Source of the DNA: Minisyncoccota bacterium
GTDB taxonomy: Bacteria; Patescibacteriota; Minisyncoccia; Phycocordibacterales; XYD1-FULL-46-19
Assembly: GCA_041657405.1 (NCBI GenBank)
Contig: JBBABX010000002.1
Coordinates: 108,915 to 172,914 of the forward strand
Reading direction: 5' to 3'
DNA: 64,000 bases
Positions 39,690 to 50,049 of this stretch are shown here, piece by piece (positions within the stretch are counted from its first letter, which is position 1; each line of letters starts with the position of its first letter). A model generated the notes under the pieces. It ran no database searches, was not told the DNA's origin, and saw nothing but the letters and a program-made list of their open reading frames with translations. The position numbers were made by a program, and so were the translations under genes.

Positions 39690-39874
39690 GGAGCACCCCT
39701 ATGGGCGGGCGGGCAATTCCCCCCCAATGTCCGTGTCCATGTTTCTCCTTCCGCAATCCCCGCACGCACAGCCAGACAAAACGACACACTCGAGTTGCCC
39801 GCCCGCTCCCCACCTGACCAAAATTGGTCAAACCAAGCCCGACATTTGATTATGACGGGCTTTTCTTTTTTTTT
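39690..39874. ncRNA. candidate structured GC-rich RNA element / rpsA 3' structure ending in a terminator
   Basis: GGGCGGGCGGGCAA (39703-39716) pairs with TTGCCCGCCCGC (39795-39806). Local GC exceeds 55% against a ~33% background. Terminal hairpin AAGCCCG...CGGGCTT + T9 at 39835-39874. Confidence 0.25.
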
Positions 39875-39896
39875 AAATTTAGAATTTCAATAGTCT

Positions 39897-40499
39897 TTAA
39901 TTGTAAAAATTCATTGCTTTTTCTAAACCATTTTCCACCCAAGAAAGGCCGGCTTCAACCGCTTGCGATAAAACTTTTTTTAAAATTTTTTCTTCAACAG
40001 ATTTAAAATCATTGATAACAAAATTCATAACTTTATCAGCAGATGGCTTTTTTATCTTACCAGTCGGAGTGCGAGGCGAAACTCCGAGTCGCAGTCTAGC
40101 GAAATCTTTGGTCTTCAGAGTTTTTATTATTGAATCTAAACCACGATGACCTCCAGCACTCCGACCAAACGAAAACCGAACAACACCTAAAGGCAAATCA
40201 ATATCGTCATAAATCACTAAAATTTTTTTCCCAGCTGCACAACCATTAACATAAGACCCGACTGCTTGTCCTGATTTATTCATAAAAGTTTCCGGTTTGA
40301 CTAAAAGAATTTCTTTCTTTTTTAGACCATGACCAACCGTTCCCTTACTCTCTAAAGATTGTCTTTTTTTATTTAAAACCCAATCACTAAAATTTTTTTC
40401 CTTAGCCCAAAAATCAACCACTAAACGACCAGCGCTATGACGACTTTTAGCATAGTTCGCGCCAGGATTACCCAAACCAAAAATTATAAAATCAACCAT
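39897..40499 (-). CDS. pth: peptidyl-tRNA hydrolase
   Basis: FGLGNPG; catalytic His region HSAGRLVVD; KPETFMNKSG. Confidence 0.85.
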   Translation of the reverse strand: MVDFIIFGLGNPGANYAKSRHSAGRLVVDFWAKEKNFSDWVLNKKRQSLESKGTVGHGLKKKEILLVKPETFMNKSGQAVGSYVNGCAAGKKILVIYDDIDLPLGVVRFSFGRSAGGHRGLDSIIKTLKTKDFARLRLGVSPRTPTGKIKKPSADKVMNFVINDFKSVEEKILKKVLSQAVEAGLSWVENGLEKAMNFYN

Positions 40500-40562
40500 T
40501 TATAAATTATACCTTTCGACTTTTCTTGCGTCAAAACATTATTTGCTATAATATTTGATAAT

Positions 40563-41180
40563 ATGAAAATTCCTTTTATTTGGAAAGAAGAAAAACTCAA
40601 AAATGATTTGAGCTTGAAAACTGATAATTCTGATAATTTAAACAAAAAAGAAAGTTTCTGGGACTTGATAAAATTTGCTGCCTTTTTAATGTTAATCATT
40701 ATTCCTTTCCGAATGTTTATTGCCCAACCTTTTATTGTAAATGGAGCTTCTATGGATCCAACTTTCCACGAAGGCGATTATCTAATTGTCGATGAATTGT
40801 CTTATTCTTTACGTGAACCCAAAAGAGGTGAGGTTGTTATCTTCAGCAACCCCGCTAATCAATCGCAATATTTTATCAAACGCATAATCGGATTACCCGG
40901 TGAAACTGTCTATGTCCATGGCAATCAAGTTAAAATCATCAACAACAAAAAACAACTCGTCCTTGAAGAGCCATATCTCGGTTCAGCCAGCGACCATGTC
41001 AAAAGTCTAATCCTCGGTCCAGATGAATATTTTGTAATGGGCGATAACCGAGCCGTCAGTTATGATTCTAGAATGTGGGGTCCACTCAAGGGAGAGCTAG
41101 TCAAGGGTCGTGCTTTTTTACGTCTCTTTCCACCCAAAGTAATTTCTTATTTACCAGGTCATTATGAGTTTGAAAAATAA
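40563..41180 (+). CDS. lepB: signal peptidase I
   Basis: TM; catalytic Ser box GASMDPT; Lys box; GDNRAVSYDSRMWGPL. Confidence 0.85.
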   Translation: MKIPFIWKEEKLKNDLSLKTDNSDNLNKKESFWDLIKFAAFLMLIIIPFRMFIAQPFIVNGASMDPTFHEGDYLIVDELSYSLREPKRGEVVIFSNPANQSQYFIKRIIGLPGETVYVHGNQVKIINNKKQLVLEEPYLGSASDHVKSLILGPDEYFVMGDNRAVSYDSRMWGPLKGELVKGRAFLRLFPPKVISYLPGHYEFEK

Positions 41181-42495
41181 AAAAATGAAAATTTCAAAAA
41201 AGACTAAGGGTAAAGATGATTCTCTCCAATCAGTTAAAGGGATGCGAGACTTAATTGCCGACCAAGTTTTTATTTATCAAGGCTTTTGCGAAAAAGCAGC
41301 TGAAGTTGCTCTTTATTATGGCTTCAAACCAATTGAAACCCCCATTCTAGAAAAAGAGATATTGTTCACTCGAGGAGTTGGCCAAGATACTGATATCGTC
41401 AGCAAAGAAATGTTTTCCTTAAAAACTAAAGGTGGCGATCGATTAGTGATGAGACCAGAAGGAACTGCCGGCGTTATGCGCGCATATGTAGAAAATGGTA
41501 TGCAATCATTGCCTCAACCAATAATGTTTTATTATAGTGGACCTTTTTTCCGACACGAAAAGCCTCAGCGTGGCCGATACCGTCAATTTTATCAATTTGG
41601 TTTGGAAATTTTGGGTTCTCCTAAAAGCATTATGGATGCCACTATTATCAAGTTGACAACTATTATTTTAGAAGAAGCCGGATTTAATAATTACACTCTC
41701 AAAATAAACAGTATTGGTGACGCTGAATGTCGCGGAGTTTATCGTCGTGATTTAGTTAATTATTATAAGAAAAATCTTAAAGGAATTTGTTCTGATTGCC
41801 GTGAACGTTTGAAAACTAATCCTCTTCGCTTGCTTGATTGTAAAAATCCCATGTGCCAAGAAATAAAAAAGGAAGCCCCAGAATCTATCGCTTCACTTTG
41901 CGGTCCCTGTAAAACACACTTTAAAGAAGTTTTAGAATATTTAGACGCCATGGAGATTCCTTACGAAATAGATAGCACTTTAGTTCGCGGTTTAGATTAT
42001 TATTCTCGTACTGTCTTTGAAATTTTTGTGATTGATGAAAACGAAGCGGGAGAAAATTTACCCTTGGCAGTTGGTGGCGGCGGTCGTTATGACTATTTAT
42101 CCAAAAGTTTAGGAGTAAGAAAAGAAATTCCAGCGGTCGGTGTTTCAATTGGAATTGATCGTTTGGTGGAGATGCCTTCTTATGTCAAACACGCGCCCCG
42201 TCTTGTAAAAAAACCAAAAGTCTTTTTTATTCAACTATCCTTTGACGCCAAACTGCGAAGTTTTGAGGTGATTGAAGCTTTACGCAAAGCACGTATTCCC
42301 CTTACTCATTCTCTTTCTAAAGATTCTCTTTCTGCCCAATTAGCCATTGCTGAAAAAATGAAGGTTCCTTACACAATTATTCTTGGACAAAAAGAAGCTC
42401 TCGAAGGCACCGTCATTGTGCGTAATATGGATACTCGGTCGCAAGACACTATCAAAATTGATAAGTTAGCTGAATATTTAAAAAAAATAAAATAA
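41164..42495 (+). CDS. hisS: histidyl-tRNA synthetase
   Basis: GMRDL; class II motif 2 FRHEKPQRGRYRQFYQFGLE; motif 3 GGGRYD; C-terminal anticodon-binding domain. Confidence 0.9.
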   Translation: MSLKNKKMKISKKTKGKDDSLQSVKGMRDLIADQVFIYQGFCEKAAEVALYYGFKPIETPILEKEILFTRGVGQDTDIVSKEMFSLKTKGGDRLVMRPEGTAGVMRAYVENGMQSLPQPIMFYYSGPFFRHEKPQRGRYRQFYQFGLEILGSPKSIMDATIIKLTTIILEEAGFNNYTLKINSIGDAECRGVYRRDLVNYYKKNLKGICSDCRERLKTNPLRLLDCKNPMCQEIKKEAPESIASLCGPCKTHFKEVLEYLDAMEIPYEIDSTLVRGLDYYSRTVFEIFVIDENEAGENLPLAVGGGGRYDYLSKSLGVRKEIPAVGVSIGIDRLVEMPSYVKHAPRLVKKPKVFFIQLSFDAKLRSFEVIEALRKARIPLTHSLSKDSLSAQLAIAEKMKVPYTIILGQKEALEGTVIVRNMDTRSQDTIKIDKLAEYLKKIK

Positions 42496-42737
42496 TTTCT
42501 ACCCTGCAAATTCTAATCAAAATTTGTTGTGTGAATCTGATTTAGTCCCCTTTCAGTTAATTTAAACGCTTCAAAAAAATAGTGGGGCGTTTGAACCTTT
42601 GTTTTAAGCCATAGAAAATAAAACGATTTATTGGTCATCATAAAAAATTAAATTGATGCCCAATACTTGGTGGTTTAATATTTTATTTTTCTGGCTTGCG
42701 TCTTTTTTGTTCGTATGATATCTTATTTAGAATTATG

Positions 42738-42956
42738 GATACAATTGAAATCACCAAAAATGGTAATGAGTCAAACGCCAGCATCATCAGGCGTTTTAGC
42801 AAACGCGTTAAATTATCAAATATTGTTCGTGGCGCTCGCAGTCGTCGTTATTCCACGCGCCATAAATCAGAATTAAAGAAAAAACAAGATGCCCTAAGAC
42901 GTTTAGCTAAGTATGCTGAGTATGAGCGCCTGAAAAAACTTGGCAAACTAAAGTAA
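42738..42956 (+). CDS. rpsU: 30S ribosomal protein bS21 (track ORF begins at 42696)
   Basis: IIRRFSKRVKLSNIVRGARSRRYSTRHKSELKKKQ fits the bS21 pattern ALRRFKR....G...E.RRR.FYEKP...RKR. Confidence 0.55.
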   Translation, partial: DTIEITKNGNESNASIIRRFSKRVKLSNIVRGARSRRYSTRHKSELKKKQDALRRLAKYAEYERLKKLGKLK

Positions 42957-43429
42957 TGCCTGACCCAAACAATAATTTTTTTATCACTAATCTTACGAAA
43001 AGGAATGTCCCAGACATTCCTTTTGTCGCTATAAAAAACAAAGTATTGAACAAGAATTTTAATATTAGTCTTGTTTTTGTCACTCCCGCCAAAGCGCGTG
43101 AATTAAACAAAACCTATCGTCAAAAAAATTATTACCCAAATGTTTTGACTTTTCCACTAGCCAAAAAAGATGGCGAAATTTTTATTAACCTCACACGGGC
43201 CATTAGCGAAGCGTGCGAATATAAACATTCTAATGAAGAACATCTTGCTTTTTTGTTTATACACGGCCTCTTGCATTTGAAAGGATTGTCACATAGTAGT
43301 AAAATGGAGAGTGAAGAACAAAAATTTTTAAAATTATTTTTTACTAATGGCAAAAAATCTCATCACCGGCTTGGATATCGGTACAAATTGGATCAGACTC
43401 GTCGTTTGCGAACAAAAAAACGACGATAA
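42956..43429 (+). CDS. ybeY: rRNA maturation RNase YbeY
   Basis: LVFVTPAKARELNKTYRQKNYYPNVLTFPL; metal-binding HGLLHLKGLSH (H..HG..HL.G.DH-like). Confidence 0.7.
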   Translation: MPDPNNNFFITNLTKRNVPDIPFVAIKNKVLNKNFNISLVFVTPAKARELNKTYRQKNYYPNVLTFPLAKKDGEIFINLTRAISEACEYKHSNEEHLAFLFIHGLLHLKGLSHSSKMESEEQKFLKLFFTNGKKSHHRLGYRYKLDQTRRLRTKKRR

Positions 43430-44513
43430 TGTTCCACAAGTTTTAGCATTGGTCAAAAGACAATCTAGGGGTTTACGTCGAGGTTATATCATCAACCTAG
43501 AAGAAGCTACTGAATGTATTCGTGAAGCTCTAGACGACGCCGAACGAATTATCCGCGGTCGCATTCGCAAGGTAATTGTTGGCATCGGTGGCTTATCATT
43601 AGAATCAAAAATAACGGAGGGAGGAGTGATCGCTTCTCGACCCGATTCCGAAATCACCGATAGCGATGTTGTTCGCGTCATAGAAGCAAGCGAGGCCTCC
43701 CTAGCAGATTCGATTAACAAACAAGTCCTCCATCGAATTCCTTTATCCTTTAAATTAGATGGTGAAAAAGTCTTGGGTCGTCCTGAAGGATTGCGTGGTT
43801 CTAAATTGGAAGTTAAAACCTTATTCATTACTGCCGGGATCCAGCACTTACGTGATCTAGTTCGCGCAGTAGAAGAAGCCGGTTTGATTATTGAGGATTT
43901 AGTTGCTTCGCCATTTGCCGCTTCGTTGGCAGTAATGTCAAAAATCCAAAAGATGGCCGGTTGTGTCTTGGTTAATATTGGTTCACAAACAACCTCCATC
44001 GCTGTTTTTGAAGAAGGATTGCCGTTATCAATTCAAGTTTTTGCTATTGGCTCTACGGACATCACTAATGATATTGCCCTCGGTTTTAAGATCCCGATTG
44101 AAGAAGCCGAAAAAGTTAAAAAGGGAGAGGGTGAGCCAGTCGGCACCAAAAAAAAGTTAGATGAAATAATTGAAGCGCGACTTTCAGATATTTTTGAATT
44201 TATCGAAATGCATTTGAAAAAAATTAAACGCAATGGTTTGTTGCCAGCTGGTCTTATCATTACCGGCGGCGGCGCTAGTGTTACCAGCATTGAAGAGTTG
44301 GCTAAGAATTATTTTCGTTTACCAGCAAAAACAGCTCAAACAGCTATTGCGACTAATTCTAAAAGTCAAATTCGCGATGCCGTTTGGTCGGTCTCTTTTG
44401 GGCTGTGCCTCTTCGGCGCATCAGAACAAGAAGATAATTCTTTTGGTCCACGCGCTACTTTAAGAAATACTCAAAAGAAAATTTGGGCCTGGTTAAAAGA
44501 ATTTATGCCTTAA
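43347..44513 (+). CDS. ftsA: cell division protein FtsA
   Basis: Actin-like ATPase: GLDIGTNWIRLVV, IVGIGGLSL, LVNIGSQTTSIAVF, IITGGGA. Confidence 0.85.
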   Translation: MAKNLITGLDIGTNWIRLVVCEQKNDDNVPQVLALVKRQSRGLRRGYIINLEEATECIREALDDAERIIRGRIRKVIVGIGGLSLESKITEGGVIASRPDSEITDSDVVRVIEASEASLADSINKQVLHRIPLSFKLDGEKVLGRPEGLRGSKLEVKTLFITAGIQHLRDLVRAVEEAGLIIEDLVASPFAASLAVMSKIQKMAGCVLVNIGSQTTSIAVFEEGLPLSIQVFAIGSTDITNDIALGFKIPIEEAEKVKKGEGEPVGTKKKLDEIIEARLSDIFEFIEMHLKKIKRNGLLPAGLIITGGGASVTSIEELAKNYFRLPAKTAQTAIATNSKSQIRDAVWSVSFGLCLFGASEQEDNSFGPRATLRNTQKKIWAWLKEFMP

Positions 44514-44635
44514 TCCTGATTATCCAGATTCAAATTTTATTTTACAAATCCAGAGAAAGATAAAATTTTGCCTTTTGCGGTTTTTTTGCTAAGATTAAAT
44601 AGTTTAAGAAAAATAACCCTTTTATTTACTAATAT

Positions 44636-45817
44636 ATGCCAAAAATCAACCCAGAAATTGAGTCCTTTGCCCGCATCAAAGTTATTGGTGTCGGCGGTTC
44701 CGGCACAAACGCCGTTAATCATATGGTTAACTCAAAAGTCCAAGGAGTGGAGTTTATTGTGATGAATACCGATGCCCAACATCTTCATCATTCACCTGCT
44801 AACAAAAAATTACATATTGGCAAGAACCTGACTCGCGGCTTAGGCACGGGTATGGATCCAGAGATTGGTCGTCGTGCCGCCGAAGAAAGTTTGGAAGATA
44901 TTCAAAATATGATTAAAGGCGCTGATATGGTTTTTATCTCTTGTGGTTTTGGTGGCGGAACTGGCACCGGTGCGGCTCCAATTATTGCCAAGGTCGCCAA
45001 AGAACAAGGGGCTCTTACGATCGGTGTAGTAACCAGACCTTTCTTTTTTGAAGGCAAACAACGCGCCAATATTGCCGAAAAAGGAATGGATGAATTAAAA
45101 AAAGAGGTTGACGCAATTATCGCCATTCCTAATGACCGCTTATTAGGAATCATTAGTAAAGATACGACTTGCACTTCGGCTTTTGCAATGTGTGATGAAA
45201 TTTTGCGACAAGCAGTAGAAGGTATTTCTAATATTATTACAATGCCTGGTATCATTAACGTAGATTTTGCTGATATCCGCGCAATTATGGCTAATGCTGG
45301 TTCAGCTTTGATGGGTATTGGAACTGCTTCAGGCGAAAATCGTGCAGTAGAAGCGGCTAAGGGAGCTATCAATTCCCCTCTCTTAGACATTTCTATCAAG
45401 GGTGCCAAGGGGGTTCTCTTTACTATTTCTGGCGGAGTCGATTTGACAATGTTTGAAATCCAAGAAACCGCCAAGGCCATTACTTCATCTATTGACCAAG
45501 AAGCCAAAGTTATTTTTGGCGCTATTCAAGATGACAAATTAAAGAAAAATGAAATCAAAGTTACCGTCATTGCTTGCGGTTTTCCAGAAATGGCAATTTC
45601 CCACCGCGACTCAATAGAAACAAACAATCAAATTCAAGAAGAAATAAAAAAAGGTGAGTCGGGAACAGTTAAAGAAAAAAATGAAGCTACTTCAGCCAAA
45701 GTTTCAGAACGACAAACCCAAAAGCCGTTGGTCTCAAACAAAACTGAAAAAACTATCGAGGAAGAAGAAGACGACTGGTCATCAATCCCCGCTTTTTTGC
45801 GTCGTGCTAAAAAATAA
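44636..45817 (+). CDS. ftsZ: cell division protein FtsZ
   Basis: IKVIGVGGSGTNAV; tubulin signature GGGTGTG; NTDAQ; T7-loop NVDFAD; C-terminal tail DDWSSIPAFLRR. Confidence 0.9.
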   Translation: MPKINPEIESFARIKVIGVGGSGTNAVNHMVNSKVQGVEFIVMNTDAQHLHHSPANKKLHIGKNLTRGLGTGMDPEIGRRAAEESLEDIQNMIKGADMVFISCGFGGGTGTGAAPIIAKVAKEQGALTIGVVTRPFFFEGKQRANIAEKGMDELKKEVDAIIAIPNDRLLGIISKDTTCTSAFAMCDEILRQAVEGISNIITMPGIINVDFADIRAIMANAGSALMGIGTASGENRAVEAAKGAINSPLLDISIKGAKGVLFTISGGVDLTMFEIQETAKAITSSIDQEAKVIFGAIQDDKLKKNEIKVTVIACGFPEMAISHRDSIETNNQIQEEIKKGESGTVKEKNEATSAKVSERQTQKPLVSNKTEKTIEEEEDDWSSIPAFLRRAKK

Positions 45818-45862
45818 GATAATTTAGTTTTTATTAGCCTTACCTCTTCTTTAGACTTTTTT

Positions 45863-46786
45863 ATGTATGATTTAATCATTATTGGAGGTGGACCGGCGGG
45901 AATAGCTGCCGGTATTTATGCCGCCCGAAAAAAATTAAAGACCCTACTTCTAACGGAAAGCTTAGAAGGTCAATCGAGTGTCTCACCAGAAATTCAAAAC
46001 TGGATAGGAGAAATAAATATTTCAGGAATTGATTTATCAAAAAAATTAGAGTCTCATCTACGTTCTTACGAAAGCGATAATTTTGTAATTAAAACAAAAG
46101 AAAAAGCCATTAGCCTTAATCCTCAAGATAAAGGCCTGACAGTTTTTTCGATTAATGATACTTACCAGACAAAAACTGTTTTAATCGCTACTGGTGCTAA
46201 CCGTCGGAAATTATCAGTTCAAGGCGCGGCAGAATTTGAACAAAAAGGCGTTACTTATTGCGCTTCTTGCGATGGCCCAATCTTTGCTGGTCAAAAAGTG
46301 GCAATAATTGGTGGCGGCAATGCTGGTTTTTGTTCGGCAGCTCAACTTCTTGCCTATTGTGAAAAGGTCACTCTTTTAGAGACCGCTTCCAATTTTAAAG
46401 CTGAACAAATCACTATAGACAATCTGATTGCTAACCCCAAATTCAAAGCTCTAGCCAATGTTGAACTCTTAGAAATCAAAGGTGATAAATTTGTGACTAG
46501 TTTAGTTTATCGCGACAAAGAAACAGACAAGGAATATGAATTGCCAGTCACCGGTATTTTTGTAGAGATCGGCTTTATCCCAAACACTAAAAATTTTCAA
46601 GACTTAGTGGAAACAACCACCTGGGACGCCATCAAGATTGATCATCGCACCGGACAAACTTCTCGTGAAGGTATTTGGGCAGCTGGCGATTGTACCGATA
46701 TCCTTTACCATCAAAACAACATCGCGGCTGGTGACGCCATCAAAGCTGTGGAAGATATTTATAATTACTTGCAAAAACAAAGCTAA
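45863..46786 (+). CDS. trxB: thioredoxin-disulfide reductase
   Basis: FAD GGGPAG; redox-active CASCDG; NADPH GGGNAG; GDCTD. Confidence 0.8.
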   Translation: MYDLIIIGGGPAGIAAGIYAARKKLKTLLLTESLEGQSSVSPEIQNWIGEINISGIDLSKKLESHLRSYESDNFVIKTKEKAISLNPQDKGLTVFSINDTYQTKTVLIATGANRRKLSVQGAAEFEQKGVTYCASCDGPIFAGQKVAIIGGGNAGFCSAAQLLAYCEKVTLLETASNFKAEQITIDNLIANPKFKALANVELLEIKGDKFVTSLVYRDKETDKEYELPVTGIFVEIGFIPNTKNFQDLVETTTWDAIKIDHRTGQTSREGIWAAGDCTDILYHQNNIAAGDAIKAVEDIYNYLQKQS

Positions 46787-47520
46787 AAGCTTTCAGCCAA
46801 TTTTATCGCCAGATAAAGAACCCCCATTCCCAACACAGTAGCCATAGTAGTCCAGCGTGTAGAATGCCCATGATGACTTTCTGGCAATAATTCAGAAGCC
46901 CCAATATAAAGAAAAAAACCGCCAAATAACGCCAAAATTAAACCGAGATAATTTTCAGACAAGTTGAAAAAATTGGTGGAAAAAATACCTAAAGCGGGAG
47001 CAAAAGACAATGGGATAAGCCACTTGAGGGTTCCCTGTCTTTCGTGACCATTTTTTAACAACAATCCAACAATATTGAGACCATCAGAAAAATTGTGAGC
47101 CAAAACCGCTGTTGCCATAATTAAACCAGCACTCGCCGATACTTGCAAAACTAGACCAACAGCTAAACCGTCAATAAAACTGTGAACGGCCAAAATTGAG
47201 ACTGTTATTGGACCATGCCATTGATGCCTAAGATTGTGGCAATGTTCAATTGTTTCGCCACTATGCAAATGAAAAAGAACTAAGCGGTCTAAAATTAAAT
47301 AAGCAAGAAAACCTAAAGCGACTAGAGACAATATTTCCTCAACCGATAAAAAATTTTCTGTCATTTCGATTGCCTCTGGCAAGAGGTCAAAAAAAGCGAC
47401 TCCAACCAAAGCACCAGCTGAAAAACCTAAAATTAAATGTAGACGGTCGCGAAAATGCAAAGCAAAAAAACCGCCAAATAACATTAATATAAACGCCAAG
47501 ACTGCCACCAAATACGTCAT
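46783..47520 (-). CDS. ZIP-family divalent metal transporter
   Basis: Multi-TM protein with HNFSDGL and HSFIDGLAVG motifs, typical of ZupT/ZIP. Confidence 0.65.
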   Translation of the reverse strand: MTYLVAVLAFILMLFGGFFALHFRDRLHLILGFSAGALVGVAFFDLLPEAIEMTENFLSVEEILSLVALGFLAYLILDRLVLFHLHSGETIEHCHNLRHQWHGPITVSILAVHSFIDGLAVGLVLQVSASAGLIMATAVLAHNFSDGLNIVGLLLKNGHERQGTLKWLIPLSFAPALGIFSTNFFNLSENYLGLILALFGGFFLYIGASELLPESHHGHSTRWTTMATVLGMGVLYLAIKLAESF

Positions 47521-47569
47521 AACACAAATAAATAATTTATAAAAATTGTTTTTAGAAGGAAACGGCGAG

Positions 47570-47818
47570 TTATTGACTCGCCGTTTGGCTCTTTAGATTC
47601 TCCAAATCTTCTATTCTAACAAAACCATTTTCCTCATCAACAAAATACAATATCTTCGGCGACGCAACACAGCGAAAACAATAAGACATTCCACAACTAT
47701 CCCAACGATGAACCCGATGAACAAACGAAAAACCAATGTCTGGATATTCTTTTTGGAGAATTGAAAGAGCTTGGTCTTTACTAAAAACTTCGGAACAAGA
47801 ATATGAAAGACTTTTCAT
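47570..47818 (-). CDS. small Cys-rich hypothetical protein
   Basis: 82-aa ORF with CxxC-like spacing (C...C...C..C). No family recognised. Confidence 0.3.
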   Translation of the reverse strand: MKSLSYSCSEVFSKDQALSILQKEYPDIGFSFVHRVHRWDSCGMSYCFRCVASPKILYFVDEENGFVRIEDLENLKSQTASQ

Positions 47819-47962
47819 CTTCCACCTCCTTTGACTGACAAAACCAGTCTAAATAAAGTATAACTCTATTCCACAATTAAAAACAGGCATTGCTCAAATT
47901 AAGAAAATATAGTATATTAAACAGTGTAGAAAAATAGCTTTTAATCTAATTTTCTAAACTAA

Positions 47963-48034
47963 GGCCCTATCGTCTAATGGCTAGGACATCACCCTTTCAC
48001 GGTGGTAATCGGGGTTCGACTCCCCGTAGGGTCA
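47963..48034 (+). tRNA. tRNA-Glu(TTC); 3' end is the attachment site of the downstream island
   Basis: Acceptor GGCCCTA/TAGGGTC, anticodon stem TCACC/GGTGG with loop CTTTCAC, T-loop GGTTCGACTCC. Confidence 0.85.
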
Positions 48035-48151
48035 CAATAGAGAGAGCTAGTTCGAGCACTCGACAAGGGTCGAAACTAGCAAACAAAAGCAAGTCAGAAA
48101 TGACTTGCTTTTGTTGTAGTTTAATACAACGATTTGTGATATAATATTTTC

Positions 48152-48358
48152 ATGAAGGATGACGCCAAAAAGTTGGGAGAAAATCTCAAAAATATCCGAA
48201 CAAGCAAGAATATCACTCAGACTGAATTTGCTGAGAAGCTTGGTGTCGATAAGTCTTTTGTCAGTAATATCGAGAACGGAAAGACAAACCCCACTCTTTC
48301 TACTATTACTAATCTAGCCCAGACATTAGGAGTGTCTACTAACGAATTATTAAAATAA
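48152..48358 (+). CDS. XRE-family HTH transcriptional regulator
   Basis: LKNIRTSKNITQTEFAEKLGVDKSFVSNIENGKTNPTLSTITNLAQTLGVSTNELL, a classic Cro/C1 HTH. Confidence 0.7.
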   Translation: MKDDAKKLGENLKNIRTSKNITQTEFAEKLGVDKSFVSNIENGKTNPTLSTITNLAQTLGVSTNELLK

Positions 48359-48359
48359 T

Positions 48360-49814
48360 ATGTTCGAACAAGCATTCAAAAACATAGACGATATCTTACA
48401 CAAAGACGCTGGCGCATCCAGTGAACTTGATTATGTTGAACAAACATCATGGATCCTTTTCCTAAAATATCTTGATGACTTAGAGGCTGACCGAGCACTA
48501 GAGGCGAGCTTTATGAATAAGGAATATAAATATATCCTACCTTTACAGTTTCGTTGGAATATCTGGGCTTGCCCGAAAAATAAGGATGGCAAAATTGATC
48601 ATAATAAAGCTCTTACAGGAGATGATTTGAAAGATTTTGTTGATCAGAAACTATTCCCTTCACTCAAGAAGTTTAAAACTGATGCACTTAGTCCTGACAC
48701 GATTGAATACAAGATTGGAGAAATATTTAGTGAATTAAAAAACAAGATTCAAAGTGGCTATGCTTTGCGTGAGATTTTGAACATTGTTGATGCGATGCAT
48801 TTCCGATCACAAGAAGAAAAGCACGAGCTATCACATTTGTATGAAGGCAAAATCAAGAACATGGGTAATGCGGGACGAAATGGTGGTGAATATTACACTC
48901 CTCGCCCTCTCATTAAAACAATTGTGAACGTAGTTGGTCCAAAGATTGGCGACAAAATATATGACGGTGCTGTTGGATCGGCAGGATTCCTTGTTGAGGC
49001 TTTTGAATATTTGAAACAGAGCAAAGACTTGTCTACGAAAGACATGGAAATTCTCCAAAAGAAAACTTTCTACGGTAAGGAGAAAAAGTCACTTGCATAC
49101 ATTATCGGTATCATGAATATGATTTTGCATGGTATTGATGCCCCAAATATTATTCACACCAACACACTCGCTGAAAATCTTGCTGATATTCAGGAAAAAG
49201 ATAGATATGATGTGGTCCTTGCCAATCCTCCATTTGGTGGAAAAGAACGTACTGAAGTACAGCAAAACTTTCCAATTAAAACTGGTGAGACAGCGTTCCT
49301 GTTCCTTCAGCATTTTATAAAAATACTAAAAGCTGGTGGTAAAGCGGGTGTGGTTATCAAAAATACATTTCTATCAAATACAGATAATGCATCAGTATCG
49401 CTCCGAAAACATTTACTTGAAAGTTGTAACCTTCACACGGTCCTAGATCTTCCAGGTGGAACATTTACCGGTGCAGGAGTAAAAACAGTTATTTTATTTT
49501 TTGAAAAAGGTGCTCCAACTAAAAAGGTTTGGTACTACCAATTAAATCTCAGTAGAAATCTTGGGAAAACCAACCCTTTGAATGAAAAGGATCTTGCTGA
49601 TTTTATTGCTTTGCAAAAAACAAAAGCAGATTCAGATAATTCTTGGTCCATTGACGTTAAAGATGTTGATCAGAAGACTTTTGATTTGTCTGTGAAGAAT
49701 CCGAATAAGGGGGTTGAGGTTGTTTTGCGGGAGCCGAAGGGTATTTTGGTAGAAATGGAAAAACTTGATGCAGAAATCAAGAGCAATATATTGAGTATCA
49801 AAAAGCTTTTATAA
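48360..49814 (+). CDS. hsdM: Type I restriction-modification system methyltransferase subunit M
   Basis: HsdM N-terminal domain; SAM motif GSAGFL; catalytic LANPPFGG. Confidence 0.9.
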   Translation: MFEQAFKNIDDILHKDAGASSELDYVEQTSWILFLKYLDDLEADRALEASFMNKEYKYILPLQFRWNIWACPKNKDGKIDHNKALTGDDLKDFVDQKLFPSLKKFKTDALSPDTIEYKIGEIFSELKNKIQSGYALREILNIVDAMHFRSQEEKHELSHLYEGKIKNMGNAGRNGGEYYTPRPLIKTIVNVVGPKIGDKIYDGAVGSAGFLVEAFEYLKQSKDLSTKDMEILQKKTFYGKEKKSLAYIIGIMNMILHGIDAPNIIHTNTLAENLADIQEKDRYDVVLANPPFGGKERTEVQQNFPIKTGETAFLFLQHFIKILKAGGKAGVVIKNTFLSNTDNASVSLRKHLLESCNLHTVLDLPGGTFTGAGVKTVILFFEKGAPTKKVWYYQLNLSRNLGKTNPLNEKDLADFIALQKTKADSDNSWSIDVKDVDQKTFDLSVKNPNKGVEVVLREPKGILVEMEKLDAEIKSNILSIKKLL

Positions 49815-49818
49815 AAAT

Positions 49819-50043
49819 ATGAGTAATTCATTTTCAGAAAGACAAAAAATAATTGAGGTAAAAAGTCTAGATCTTCAAGACATGCCCATTGAAGTTAAGA
49901 ACAGGCTTTGGAATATTATTCAAGATTATATTGATAATAAATATCACGAGGGTCATGACCGTAACTTAATTATTGAATCTATTTGGGATAAATTTTTTAA
50001 ACAAAATAAAAATGATCTATGGGGTCAAACTAGTTATAGATAA
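49819..50043 (+). CDS. hypothetical protein inserted between hsdM and hsdS
   Basis: 74-aa ORF 4 nt after the hsdM stop. No motif recognised. Confidence 0.35.
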   Translation: MSNSFSERQKIIEVKSLDLQDMPIEVKNRLWNIIQDYIDNKYHEGHDRNLIIESIWDKFFKQNKNDLWGQTSYR

Positions 50044-50049
50044 AAATAT

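Noticed and set aside
39690-39860. SRP RNA / 6S RNA hypothesis for the GC-rich element
   Set aside because: Could not find the SRP domain IV GGAA-AGCAGC motif or a 6S central bubble on either strand. Left as an unclassified structured element.
39654-39893. 79-aa ORF
   Set aside because: Lies in the GC-rich structured region plus terminator after rpsA; Pro/Arg/Ala-rich, non-protein-like.
44902-45507. 201-aa minus ORF inside ftsZ
   Set aside because: Antisense of ftsZ with Pro/Ala/Ser-rich shadow composition.
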